Assembly: GCA_964057225.1 (NCBI GenBank)
Contig: CAXKVF010000098.1
Location: 1-64,000 of the forward strand
DNA: 64,000 bases
Source of the DNA: Auanema rhodensis
Lineage: Eukaryota > Animalia > Nematoda
Direction: 5' to 3'
The notes below the pieces were generated by a model. It was not told the origin of the DNA. It saw only the letters and a list, made by a program, of their open reading frames with translations, and searched no databases. Below, piece after piece: positions 41,901-56,670 of this stretch. Positions within the stretch are counted from its first letter, which is position 1. Each line of letters opens with the position of its first letter. The translations under genes and the position numbers were made by a program.

Positions 41901-44900
41901 TTTCAAAGTCATGGTTACCATGAAGCAATATCAATAAAAATTTGTTTTTAGACTAATATGGACATGGGGAATCTAATTTTGAAAACCGCATCTCTTTATC
42001 TTTCACGTGAAGCGAGTTACATACCAAGTGCACATCACGTGTACATTTAATTAGCATAAATTAAAGTTCACGTAAATTTCAAAGTCATGGTTACCATGAA
42101 CCAATATCAATAAAAATTTGTTTTTAGACTAATATGGACATGGGGAATCTAATTTTGAAAACCGCATCTCTTTATCTTTCACGTGAAGCGAGTTACATAC
42201 CAAGTGCACATCACGTGTACATTTAATTAGCATAAATTAAAGTTCACGTAAATTTCAAAGTCATGGTTACCATGCACCAATATCAATAAAAATTTGTTTT
42301 TAGACTAATATGGACATGGGGAATCTAATTTTCAAAACCGCATCTCTTTATCTTTCACGTGAAGCGAGTTACATACCAAGTGCACATCACGTGTACATTT
42401 AATTAGCATAAATTAAAGTTCACGTAAATTTCAAAGTCATGGTTACCATGAAGCAATATCAATAAAAATTTGTTTTTAGACTAATATGGACATGGGGAAT
42501 CTAATTTTGAAAACGGCATCTCTTTATCTTTCACGTGAAGCGAGTTACATACCAAGTGCACATCACGTGTACATTTAATTAGCATAAATTAAAGTTCATG
42601 TAAATTTCAAAGTCATGGTTACCATGCACCAATATCAATAAAAATTTGTTTTTAGACTAATATGGACATGGGGAATCTAATTTTCAAAACCGCATCTCTT
42701 TATCTTTCACGTGAAGCGAGTTACATACCAAGTGCACATCACGTGTACATTTAATTAGCATAAATTAAAGTTCACGTAAATTTCAAAGTCATGGTTACCA
42801 TGAACCAATATCAATAAAAATTTGTTTTTAGACTAATATGGACATGGGGAATCTAATTTTGAAAACCGCATCTCTTTATCTTTCACGTGAAGCGAGTTAC
42901 ATACCAAGTGCACATCACGTGTACATTTAATTAGCATAAATTAAAGTTCACGTAAAATTCAAAGTCATGGTTACCATGCACCAATATCAATAAAAATTTG
43001 TTTTTAGACTAATATGGACATGGGGAATCTAATTTTGAAAACCGCATCTCTTTATCTTTCACGTGAAGCGAGTTACATACCAAGTGCACATCACGTGTAC
43101 ATTTAATTAGCATAAATTAAAGTTCACGTAAATTTCAAAGTCATGGTTACCATGCACCAATATCAATAAAAATTTGTTTTTAGACTAATATGGACATGGG
43201 GAATCTAATTTTGAAAACCGCATCTCTTTATCTTTCACGTGAAGCGAGTTACATACCAAGTGCACATCACGTGTACATTTAATTAGCATAAATTAAAGTT
43301 CACGTAAATTTCAAAGTCATGGTTACCATGAAGCAATATCAATAAAAATTTGTTTTTAGACTAATATGGACATGGGGAATCTAATTTTGAAAACCGCATC
43401 TCTTTATCTTTCACGTGAAGCGAGTTACATACCAAGTGCACATCACGTGTACATTTAATTAGCATAAATTAAAGTTCACGTAAATTTCAAAGTCATGATT
43501 ACCATGAACCAATATCAATAAAAATTTGTTTTTAGACTAATATGGACATGGGGAATCTAATTTTGAAAACCGCATCTCTTTATCTTTCACGTGAAGCGAG
43601 TTACATACCAAGTGCACATCACGTGTACATTTAATTAGCATAAATTAAAGTTCACGTAAATTTCAAAGTCATGGTTACCATGCACCAATATCAATAAAAA
43701 TTTGTTTTTAGACTAATATGGACATGGGGAATCTAATTTTGAAAACCGCATCTCTTTATCTTTCACGTGAAGCGAGTTACATACCAAGTGCACATCACGT
43801 GTACATTTAATTAGCATAAATTAAAGTTCACGTAAATTTCAAAGTCATGGTTACCATGAAGCAATATCAATAAAAATTTGTTTTTAGACTAATATGGACA
43901 TGGGGAATCTAATTTTGAAAACCGCATCTCTTTATCTTTCACGTGAAGCGAGTTACATACCAAGTGCACATCACGTGTACATTTAATTAGCATAAATTAA
44001 AGTTCACGTAAATTTCAAAGTCATGATTACCATGAACCAATATCAATAAAAATTTGTTTTTAGACTAATATGGACATGGGGAATCTAATTTTGAAAACCG
44101 CATCTCTTTATCTTTCACGTGAAGCGAGTTACATACCAAGTGCACATCACGTGTACATTTAATTAGCATAAATTAAAGTTCACGTAAATTTCAAAGTCAT
44201 GGTTACCATGCACCAATATCAATAAAAATTTGTTTTTAGACTAATATGGACATGGGGAATCTAATTTTGAAAACCGCATCTCTTTATCTTTCACGTGAAG
44301 CGAGTTACATACCAAGTGCACATCACGTGTACATTTAATTAGCATAAATTAAAGTTCACGTAAATTTCAAAGTCATGGTTACCATGAACCAATATCAATA
44401 AAAATTTGTTTTTAGACTAATATGGACATGGGGAATCTAATTTTGAAAACCGCATCTCTTTATCTTTCACGTGAAGCGAGTTACATACCAAGTGCACATC
44501 ACGTGTACATTTAATTAGCATAAATTAAAGTTCACGTAAATTTCAAAGTCATGGTTACCATGAACCAATATCAATAAAAATTTGTTTTTAGACTAATATG
44601 GACATGGGGAATCTAATTTTGAAAACCGCATCTCTTTATCTTTCACGTGAAGCGAGTTACATACCAAGTGCACATCACGTGTACATTTAATTAGCATAAA
44701 TTAAAGTTCACGTAAATTTCAAAGTCATGGTTACCATGAACCAATATCAATAAAAATTTGTTTTTAGACTAATATGGACATGGGGAATCTAATTTTGAAA
44801 ACCGCATCTCTTTATCTTTCACGTGAAGCGAGTTACATACCAAGTGCACATCACGTGTACATTTAATTAGCATAAATTAAAGTTCACGTAAATTTCAAAG

Positions 44901-47900
44901 TCATGGTTACCATGCACCAATATCAATAAAAATTTGTTTTTAGACTAATATGGACATGGGGAATCTAATTTTGAAAACCGCATCTCTTTATCTTTCACGT
45001 GAAGCGAGTTACATACCAAGTGCACATCACGTGTACATTTAATTAGCATAAATTAAAGTTCACGTAAATTTCAAATTCATGGTTACCATGAAGCAATATC
45101 AATAAAAATTTGTTTTTAGACTAATATGGACATGGAGAATCTAATTTTGAAAACCGCATCTCTTTATCTTTCACGTGAAGCGAGTTACATACCAAGTGCA
45201 CATCACGTGTACATTTAATTAGCATAAATTAAAGTTCACGTAAATTTCAAAGTCATGGTTACCATGAACCAATATCAATAAAAATTTGTTTTTAGACTAA
45301 TATGGACATGGGGAATCTAATTTTGAAAACCGCATCTCTTTATCTTTCACGTGAAGCGAGTTACATACCAAGTGCACATCACGTGTACATTTAATTAGCA
45401 TAAATTAAAGTTCACGTAAAATTCAAAGTCATGGTTACCATGCACCAATATCAATAAAAATTTGTTTTTAGACTAATATGGACATGGGGAATCTAATTTT
45501 GAAAACCGCATCTCTTTATCTTTCACGTGAAGCGAGTTACATACCAAGTGCACATCACGTGTACATTTAATTAGCATAAATTAAAGTTCACGTAAATTTC
45601 AAAGTCATGGTTACCATGCACCAATATCAATAAAAATTTGTTTTTAGACTAATATGGACATGGGGAATCTAATTTTGAAAACCGCATCTCTTTATCTTTC
45701 ACGTGAAGCGAGTTACATACCAAGTGCACATCACGTGTACATTTAATTAGCATAAATTAAAGTTCACGTAAATTTCAAAGTCATGGTTACCATGAAGCAA
45801 TATCAATAAAAATTTGTTTTTAGACTAATATGGACATGGGGAATCTAATTTTGAAAACCGCATCTCTTTATCTTTCACGTGAAGCGAGTTACATACCAAG
45901 TGCACATCACGTGTACATTTAATTAGCATAAATTAAAGTTCACGTAAATTTCAAAGTCATGGTTACCATGAACCAATATCAATAAAAATTTGTTTTTAGA
46001 CTAATATGGACATGGGGAATCTAATTTTGAAAACCGCATCTCTTTATCTTTCACGTGAAGCGAGTTACATACCAAGTGCACATCACGTGTACATTTAATT
46101 AGCATAAATTAAAGTTCACGTAAATTTCAAAGTCATGGTTACCATGAAGCAATATCAATAAAAATTTGTTTTTAGACTAATATGGACATGGGGAATCTAA
46201 TTTTGAAAACCGCATCTCTTTATCTTTCACGTGAAGCGAGTTACATACCAAGTGCACATCACGTGTACATTTAATTAGCATAAATTAAAGTTCACGTAAA
46301 TTTCAAAGTCATGGTTACCATGCACCAATATCAATAAAAATTTGTTTTTAGACTAATATGGACATGGGGAATCTAATTTAGAATACCGCATCTCTTTATC
46401 TTTCACGTGAAGCGAGTTACATACCAAGTGCACATCACGTGTACATTTAATTAGCATAAATTAAAGTTCACGTAAATTTCAAAGTCATGGTTACCATGAA
46501 CCAATATCAATAAAAATTTGTTTTTAGACTAATATGGACATGGGGAATCTAATTTTGAAAACCGCATCTCTTTATCTTTCACGTGAAGCGAGTTACATAC
46601 CAAGTGCACATCACGTGTACATTTAATTAGCATAAATTAAAGTTCACGTAAATTTCAAAGTCATGGTTACCATGAAGCAATATCAATAAAAATTTGTTTT
46701 TAGACTAATATGGACATGGGGAATCTAATTTTGAAAACCGCATCTCTTTATCTTTCACGTGAAGCGAGTTACATACCAAGTGCACATCACGTGTACATTT
46801 AATTAGCATAAATTAAAGTTCACGTAAATTTCAAAGTCATGGTTACCATGAACCAATATCAATAAAAATTTGTTTTTAGACTAATATGGACATGGGGAAT
46901 CTAATTTTGAAAACCGCATCTCTTTATCTTTCACGTGAAGCGAGTTACATACCAAGTGCACATCACGTGTACATTTAATTAGCATAAATTAAAGTTCACG
47001 TAAATTTCAAAGTCATGGTTACCATGAACCAATATCAATAAAAATTTGTTTTTAGACTAATATGGACATGGGGAATCTAATTTTGAAAACCGCATCTCTT
47101 TATCTTTCACGTGAAGCGAGTTACATACCAAGTGCACATCACGTGTACATTTAATTAGCATAAATTAAAGTTCACGTAAATTTCAAAGTCATGGTTACCA
47201 TGAACCAATATCAATAAAAATTTGTTTTTAGACTAATATGGACATGGGGAATCTAATTTTGAAAACCGCATCTCTTTATCTTTCACGTGAAGCGAGTTAC
47301 ATACCAAGTGCACATCACGTGTACATTTAATTAGCATAAATTAAAGTTCACGTAAATTTCAAAGTCATGGTTACCATGCACCAATATCAATAAAAATTTG
47401 TTTTTAGACTAATATGGACATGGGGAATCTAATTTTGAAAACCGCATCTCTTTATCTTTCACGTGAAGCGAGTTACATACCAAGTGCACATCACGTGTAC
47501 ATTTAATTAGCATAAATTAAAGTTCACGTAAATTTCAAATTCATGGTTACCATGAAGCAATATCAATAAAAATTTGTTTTTAGACTAATATGGACATGGG
47601 GAATCTAATTTTGAAAACCGCATCTCTTTATCTTTCACGTGAAGCGAGTTACATACCAAGTGCACATCACGTGTACATTTAATTAGCATAAATTAAAGTT
47701 CACGTAAATTTCAAAGTCATGGTTACCATGAACCAATATCAATAAAAATTTGTTTTTAGACTAATATGGACATGGGGAATCTAATTTTGAAAACCGCATC
47801 TCTTTATCTTTCACGTGAAGCGAGTTACATACCAAGTGCACATCACGTGTACATTTAATTAGCATAAATTAAAGTTCACGTAAAATTCAAAGTCATGGTT

Positions 47901-50900
47901 ACCATGCACCAATATCAATAAAAATTTGTTTTTAGACTAATATGGACATGGGGAATCTAATTTTGAAAACCGCATCTCTTTATCTTTCACGTGAAGCGAG
48001 TTACATACCAAGTGCACATCACGTGTACATTTAATTAGCATAAATTAAAGTTCACGTAAATTTCAAAGTCATGGTTACCATGCACCAATATCAATAAAAA
48101 TTTGTTTTTAGACTAATATGGACATGGGGAATCTAATTTTGAAAACCGCATCTCTTTATCTTTCACGTGAAGCGAGTTACATACCAAGTGCACATCACGT
48201 GTACATTTAATTAGCATAAATTAAAGTTCACGTAAATTTCAAAGTCATGGTTACCATGAACCAATATCAATAAAAATTTGTTTTTAGACTAATATGGACA
48301 TGGGGAATCTAATTTTGAAAACCGCATCTCTTTATCTTTCACGTGAAGCGAGTTACATACCAAGTGCACATCACGTGTACATTTAATTAGCATAAATTAA
48401 AGTTCACGTAAATTTCAAAGTCATGGTTACCATGAAGCAATATCAATAAAAATTTGTTTTTAGACTAATATGGACATGGGGAATCTAATTTTGAAAACCG
48501 CATCTCTTTATCTTTCACGTGAAGCGAGTTACATACCAAGTGCACATCACGTGTACATTTAATTAGCATAAATTAAAGTTCACGTAAATTTCAAAGTCAT
48601 GGTTACCATGCACCAATATCAATAAAAATTTGTTTTTAGACTAATATGGACATGGGGAATCTAATTTAGAATACCGCATCTCTTTATCTTTCACGTGAAG
48701 CGAGTTACATACCAAGTGCACATCACGTGTACATTTAATTAGCATAAATTAAAGTTCACGTAAATTTCAAAGTCATGGTTACCATGAACCAATATCAATA
48801 AAAATTTGTTTTTAGACTAATATGGACATGGGGAATCTAATTTTGAAAACCGCATCTCTTTATCTTTCACGTGAAGCGAGTTACATACCAAGTGCACATC
48901 ACGTGTACATTTAATTAGCATAAATTAAAGTTCACGTAAATTTCAAAGTCATGGTTACCATGAAGCAATATCAATAAAAATTTGTTTTTAGACTAATATG
49001 GATATGGGGAATCTAATTTTGAAAACCGCATCTCTTTATCTTTCACGTGAAGCGAGTTACATACCAAGTGCACATCACGTGTACATTTAATTAGCATAAA
49101 TTAAAGTTCACGTAAATTTCAAAGTCATGGTTACCATGAACCAATATCAATAAAAATTTGTTTTTAGACTAATATGGACATGGGGAATCTAATTTTGAAA
49201 ACCGCATCTCTTTATCTTTCACGTGAAGCGAGTTACATACCAAGTGCACATCACGTGTACATTTAATTAGCATAAATTAAAGTTCACGTAAATTTCAAAG
49301 TCATGGTTACCATGAAGCAATATCAATAAAAATTTGTTTTTAGACTAATATGGACATGGGGAATCTAATTTTGAAAACCGCATCTCTTTATCTTTCACGT
49401 GAAGCGAGTTACATACCAAGTGCACATCACGTGTACATTTAATTAGCATAAATTAAAGTTCACGTAAATTTCAAAGTCATGGTTACCATGCACCAATATC
49501 AATAAAAATTTGTTTTTAGACTAATATGGACATGGGGAATCTAATTTAGAATACCGCATCTCTTTATCTTTCACGTGAAGCGAGTTACATACCAAGTGCA
49601 CATCACGTGTACATTTAATTAGCATAAATTAAAGTTCACGTAAATTTCAAAGTCATGGTTACCATGAACCAATATCAATAAAAATTTGTTTTTAGACTAA
49701 TATGGACATGGGGAATCTAATTTTGAAAACCGCATCTCTTTATCTTTCACGTGAAGCGAGTTACATACCAAGTGCACATCACGTGTACATTTAATCAGCA
49801 TAAATTAAAGTTCACGTAAATTTCAAAGTCATGGTTACCATGAAGCAATATCAATAAAAATTTGTTTTTAGACTAATATGGACATGGGGAATCTAATTTT
49901 GAAAACCGCATCTCTTTATCTTTCACGTGAAGCGAGTTACATACCAAGTGCACATCACGTGTACATTTAATTAGCATAAATTAAAGTTCACGTAAATTTC
50001 AAAGTCATGGTTACCATGAACCAATATCAATAAAAATTTGTTTTTAGACTAATATGGAAATGGGGAATCTAATTTTGAAAACCGCATCTCTTTATCTTTC
50101 ACGTGAAGCGAGTTACATACCAAGTGCACATCACGTGTACATTTAATTAGCATAAATTAAAGTTCACGTAAATTTCAAAGTCATGGTTACCATGAAGCAA
50201 TATCAATAAAAATTTGTTTTTAGACTAATATGGACATGGGGAATCTAATTTAGAATACCGCATCTCTTTATCTTTCACGTGAAGCGAGTTACATACCAAG
50301 TGCACATCACGTGTACATTTAATTAGCATAAATTAAAGTTCACGTAAATTTCAAAGTCATGGTTACCATGAACCAATATCAATAAAAATTTGTTTTTAGA
50401 CTAATATGGACATGGGGAATCTAATTTTGAAAACCGCATCTCTTTATCTTTCACGTGAAGCGAGTTACATACCAAGTGCACATCACGTGTACATTTAATT
50501 AGCATAAATTAAAGTTCACGTAAATTTCAAAGTCATGGTTACCATGAAGCAATATCAATAAAAATTTGTTTTTAGACTAATATGGACATGGGGAATCTAA
50601 TTTTGAAAACCGCATCTCTTTATCTTTCACGTGAAGCGAGTTACATACCAAGTGCACATCACGTGTACATTTAATTAGCATAAATTAAAGTTCACGTAAA
50701 TTTCAAAGTCATGGTTACCATGAACCAATATCAATAAAAATTTGTTTTTAGACTAATATGGAAATGGGGAATCTAATTTTGAAAACCGCATCTCTTTATC
50801 TTTCACGTGAAGCGAGTTACATACCAAGTGCACATCACGTGTACATTTAATTAGCATAAATTAAAGTTCACGTAAATTTCAAAGTCATGGTTACCATGAA

Positions 50901-53900
50901 GCAATATCAATAAAAATTTGTTTTTAGACTAATATGGACATGGGAAATCTAATTTTGAAAACCGCATCTCTTTATCTTTCACGTGAAGCGAGTTACATAC
51001 CAAGTGCACATCACGTGTACATTTAATTAGCATAAATTAAAGTTCACGTAAATTTCAAAGTCATGGTTACCATGAACCAATATCAATAAAAATTTGTTTT
51101 TAGACTAATATGGACATGGGGAATCTAATTTTGAAAACCGCATCTCTTTATCTTTCACGTGAAGCGAGTTACATACCAAGTGCACATCACGTGTACATTT
51201 AATTAGCATAAATTAAAGTTCACGTAAAATTCAAAGTCATGGTTACCATGCACCAATATCAATAAAAATTTGTTTTTAGACTAATATGGACATGGGGAAT
51301 CTAATTTTGAAAACCGCATCTCTTTATCTTTCACGTGAAGCGAGTTACATACCAAGTGCACATCACGTGTACATTTAATTAGCATAAATTAAAGTTCACG
51401 TAAATTTCAAAGTCATGGTTACCATGAAGCAATATCAATAAAAATTTGTTTTTAGACTAATATGGACATGGGAAATCTAATTTTGAAAACCGCATCTCTT
51501 TATCTTTCACGTGAAGCGAGTTACATACCAAGTGCACATCACGTGTACATTTAATTAGCATAAATTAAAGTTCACGTAAATTTCAAAGTCATGGTTACCA
51601 TGAACCAATATCAATAAAAATTTGTTTTTAGACTAATATGGACATGGGGAATCTAATTTTGAAAACCGCATCTCTTTATCTTTCACGTGAAGCGAGTTAC
51701 ATACCAAGTGCACATCACGTGTACATTTAATTAGCATAAATTAAAGTTCACGTAAAATTCAAAGTCATGGTTACCATGCACCAATATCAATAAAAATTTG
51801 TTTTTAGACTAATATGGACATGGGGAATCTAATTTTGAAAACCGCATCTCTTTATCTTTCACGTGAAGCGAGTTACATACCAAGTGCACATCACGTGTAC
51901 ATTTAATTAGCATAAATTAAAGTTCACGTAAATTTCAAAGTCATGGTTACCATGCACCAATATCAATAAAAATTTGTTTTTAGACTAATATGGACATGGG
52001 GAATCTAATTTTGAAAACCGCATCTCTTTATCTTTCACGTGAAGCGAGTTACATACCAAGTGCACATCACGTGTACATTTAATTAGCATAAATTAAAGTT
52101 CACGTAAATTTCAAAGTCATGGTTACCATGAAGCAATATCAATAAAAATTTGTTTTTAGACTAATATGGACATGGGGAATCTAATTTTGAAAACCGCATC
52201 TCTTTATCTTTCACGTGAAGCGAGTTACATACCAAGTGCACATCACGTGTACATTTAATTAGCATAAATTAAAGTTCACGTAAATTTCAAAGTCATGGTT
52301 ACCATGCACCAATATCAATAAAAATTTGTTTTTAGACTAATATGGACATGGGGAATCTAATTTAGAATACCGCATCTCTTTATCTTTCACGTGAAGCGAG
52401 TTACATACCAAGTGCATATCACGTGTACATTTAATTAGCATAAATTAAAGTTCACGTAAATTTCAAAGTCATGGTTACCATGAACCAATATCAATAAAAA
52501 TTTGTTTTTAGACTAATATGGACATGGGGAATCTAATTTTGAAAACCGCATCTCTTTATCTTTCACGTGAAGCGAGTTACATACCAAGTGCACATCACGT
52601 GTACATTTAATTAGCATAAATTAAAGTTCACGTAAATTTCAAAGTCATGGTTACCATGAAGCAATATCAATAAAAATTTGTTTTTAGACTAATATGGACA
52701 TGGGGAATCTAATTTTGAAAACCGCATCTCTTTATCTTTCACGTGAAGCGAGTTACATACCAAGTGCACATCACGTGTACATTTAATTAGCATAAATTAA
52801 AGTTCACGTAAATTTCAAAGTCATGGTTACCATGAACCAATATCAATAAAAATTTGTTTTTAGACTAATATGGACATGGGGAATCTAATTTTGAAAACCG
52901 CATCTCTTTCTCTTTCACGTGAAGCGAGTTACATACCAAGTGCACATCACGTGTACATTTAATTAGCATAAATTAAAGTTCACGTAAAATTCAAAGTCAT
53001 GGTTACCATGCACCAATATCAATAAAAATTTGTTTTTAGACTAATATGGACATGGGGAATCTAATTTTGAAAACCGCATCTCTTTATCTTTCACGTGAAG
53101 CGAGTTACATACCAAGTGCACATCACGTGTACATTTAATTAGCATAAATTAAAGTTCACGTAAATTTCAAAGTCATGGTTACCATGAACCAATATCAATA
53201 AAAATTTGTTTTTAGACTAATATGGACATGGGGAATCTAATTTTGAAAACCGCATCTCTTTATCTTTCACGTGAAGCGAGTTACATACCAAGTGTACATC
53301 ACGTGTACATTTAATTAGCATAAATTAAAGTTCACGTAAATTTCAAAGTCATGGTTACCATGCACCAATATCAATAAAAATTTGTTTTTAGACTAATATG
53401 GACATGGGGAATCTAATTTTGAAAACCGCATCTCTTTATCTTTCACGTGAAGCGAGTTACATACCAAGTGCACATCACGTGTACATTTAATTAGCATAAA
53501 TTAAAGTTCACGTAAATTTCAAAGTCATGGTTACCATGCACCAATATCAATAAAAATTTGTTTTTAGACTAATATGGACATGGGGAATCTAATTTTGAAA
53601 ACCGCATCTCTTTATCTTTCACGTGAAGCGAGTTACATACCAAGTGCACATCACGTGTACATTTAATTAGCATAAATTAAAGTTCACGTAAATTTCAAAG
53701 TCATGGTTACCATGCACCAATATCAATAAAAATTTGTTTTTAGACTAATATGGACATGGGGAATCTAATTTTGAAAACCGCATCTCTTTATCTTTCACGT
53801 GAAGCGAGTTACATACCAAGTGCACATCACGTGTACATTTAATTAGCATAAATTAAAGTTCACGTAAATTTCAAAGTCATGGTTACCATGAAGCAATATC

Positions 53901-56670
53901 AATAAAAATTTGTTTTTAGACTAATATGGACATGGGGAATCTAATTTTGAAAACCGCATCTCTTTATCTTTCACGTGAAGCGAGTTACATACCAAGTGCA
54001 CATCACGTGTACATTTAATTAGCATAAATTAAAGTTCACGTAAATTTCAAAGTCATGGTTACCATGCACCAATATCAATAAAAATTTGTTTTTAGACTAA
54101 TATGGACATGGGGAATCTAATTTAGAATACCGCATCTCTTTATCTTTCACGTGAAGCGAGTTACATACCAAGTGCACATCACGTGTACATTTAATTAGCA
54201 TAAATTAAAGTTCACGTAAATTTCAAAGTCATGGTTACCATGAACCAATATCAATAAAAATTTGTTTTTAGACTAATATGGACATGGGGAATCTAATTTT
54301 GAAAACCGCATCTCTTTATCTTTCACGTGAAGCGAGTTACATACCAAGTGCACATCACGTGTACATTTAATTAGCATAAATTAAAGTTCACGTAAATTTC
54401 AAAGTCATGGTTACCATGAACCAATATCAATAAAAATTTGTTTTTAGACTAATATGGACATGGGGAATCTAATTTTGAAAACCGCATCTCTTTATCTTTC
54501 ACGTGAAGCGAGTTACATACCAAGTGCACATCACGTGTACATTTAATTAGCATAAATTAAAGTTCACGTAAATTTCAAAGTCATGGTTACCATGAAGCAA
54601 TATCAATAAAAATTTGTTTTTAGACTAATATGGACATGGGGAATCTAATTTTGAAAACCGCATCTCTTTATCTTTCACGTGAAGCGAGTTACATACCAAG
54701 TGCACATCACGTGTACATTTAATTAGCATAAATTAAAGTTCACGTAAATTTCAAAGTCATGGTTACCATGCACCAATATCAATAAAAATTTGTTTTTAGA
54801 CTAATATGGACATGGGGAATCTAATTTAGAATACCGCATCTCTTTATCTTTCACGTGAAGCGAGTTACATACCAAGTGCACATCACGTGTACATTTAATT
54901 AGCATAAATTAAAGTTCACGTAAATTTCAAAGTCATGGTTACCATGAACCAATATCAATAAAAATTTGTTTTTAGACTAATATGGACATGGGGAATCTAA
55001 TTTTGAAAACCGCATCTCTTTATCTTTCACGTGAAGCGAGTTACATACCAAGTGCACATCACGTGTACATTTAATTAGCATAAATTAAAGTTCACGTAAA
55101 TTTCAAAGTCATGGTTACCATGAAGCAATATCAATAAAAATTTGTTTTTAGACTAATATGGACATGGGGAATCTAATTTTGAAAACCGCATCTCTTTATC
55201 TTTCACGTGAAGCGAGTTACATACCAAGTGCACATCACGTGTACATTTAATTAGCATAAATTAAAGTTCACGTAAATTTCAAAGTCATGGTTACCATGAA
55301 CCAATATCAATAAAAATTTGTTTTTAGACTAATATGGACATGGGGAATCTAATTTTGAAAACCGCATCTCTTTATCTTTCACGTGAAGCGAGTTACATAC
55401 CAAGTGCACATCACGTGTACATTTAATTAGCATAAATTAAAGTTCACGTAAAATTCAAAGTCATGGTTACCATGCACCAATATCAATAAAAATTTGTTTT
55501 TAGACTAATATGGACATGGGGAATCTAATTTTGAAAACCGCATCTCTTTATCTTTCACGTGAAGCGAGTTACATACCAAGTGCACATCACGTGTACATTT
55601 AATTAGCATAAATTAAAGTTCACGTAAATTTCAAAGTCATGGTTACCATGAACCAATATCAATAAAAATTTGTTTTTAGACTAATATGGACATGGGGAAT
55701 CTAATTTTGAAAACCGCATCTCTTTATCTTTCACGTGAAGCGAGTTACATACCAAGTGCACATCACGTGTACATTTAATTAGCATAAATTAAAGTTCACG
55801 TAAATTTCAAAGTCATGGTTACCATGAAGCAATATCAATAAAAATTTGTTTTTAGACTAATATGGACATGGGGAATCTAATTTTGAAAACCGCATCTCTT
55901 TATCTTTCACGTGAAGCGAGTTACATACCAAGTGCACATCACGTGTACATTTAATTAGCATAAATTAAAGTTCACGTAAATTTCAAAGTCATGGTTACCA
56001 TGCACCAATATCAATAAAAATTTGTTTTTAGACTAATATGGACATGGGGAATCTAATTTTGAAAACCGCATCTCTTTATCTTTCACGTGAAGCGAGTTAC
56101 ATACCAAGTGCACATCACGTGTACATTTAATTAGCATAAATTAAAGTTCACGTAAATTTCAAAGTCATGGTTACCATGAAGCAATATCAATAAAAATTTG
56201 TTTTTAGACTAATATGGACATGGGAAATCTAATTTTGAAAACCGCATCTCTTTATCTTTCACGTGAAGCGAGTTACATACCAAGTGCACATCACGTGTAC
56301 ATTTAATTAGCATAAATTAAAGTTCACGTAAATTTCAAAGTCATGGTTACCATGAACCAATATCAATAAAAATTTGTTTTTAGACTAATATGGACATGGG
56401 GAATCTAATTTTGAAAACCGCATCTCTTTATCTTTCACGTGAAGCGAGTTACATACCAAGTGCACATCACGTGTACATTTAATTAGCATAAATTAAAGTT
56501 CACGTAAAATTCAAAGTCATGGTTACCATGCACCAATATCAATAAAAATTTGTTTTTAGACTAATATGGACATGGGGAATCTAATTTTGAAAACCGCATC
56601 TCTTTATCTTTCACGTGAAGCGAGTTACATACCAAGTGCACATCACGTGTACATTTAATTAGCATAAATT
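20944..56670. repeat. Array domain III: highly homogeneous core marked by the ATGAAGC (C39G) allele
   Basis: ATGAAGC first appears at 20982 and is frequent up to 56181. GTAAAATTC and ATTTAGAA are co-markers. Domain I markers are almost absent. Confidence 0.85.
30800..34671. repeat. 11-monomer (1936-bp) tandem higher-order duplication
   Basis: ATTTAG at 31069/33005 and CTCTTTTTCT at 31791/33727 (both differences 1936). The allele order at monomer positions 37-39 matches. Confidence 0.82.

Noticed and set aside
20944-56670. Allele order at positions 37-39 as an information-bearing code
   Set aside because: The pattern is adequately explained by overlapping tandem duplications, and nothing suggests a readout mechanism.
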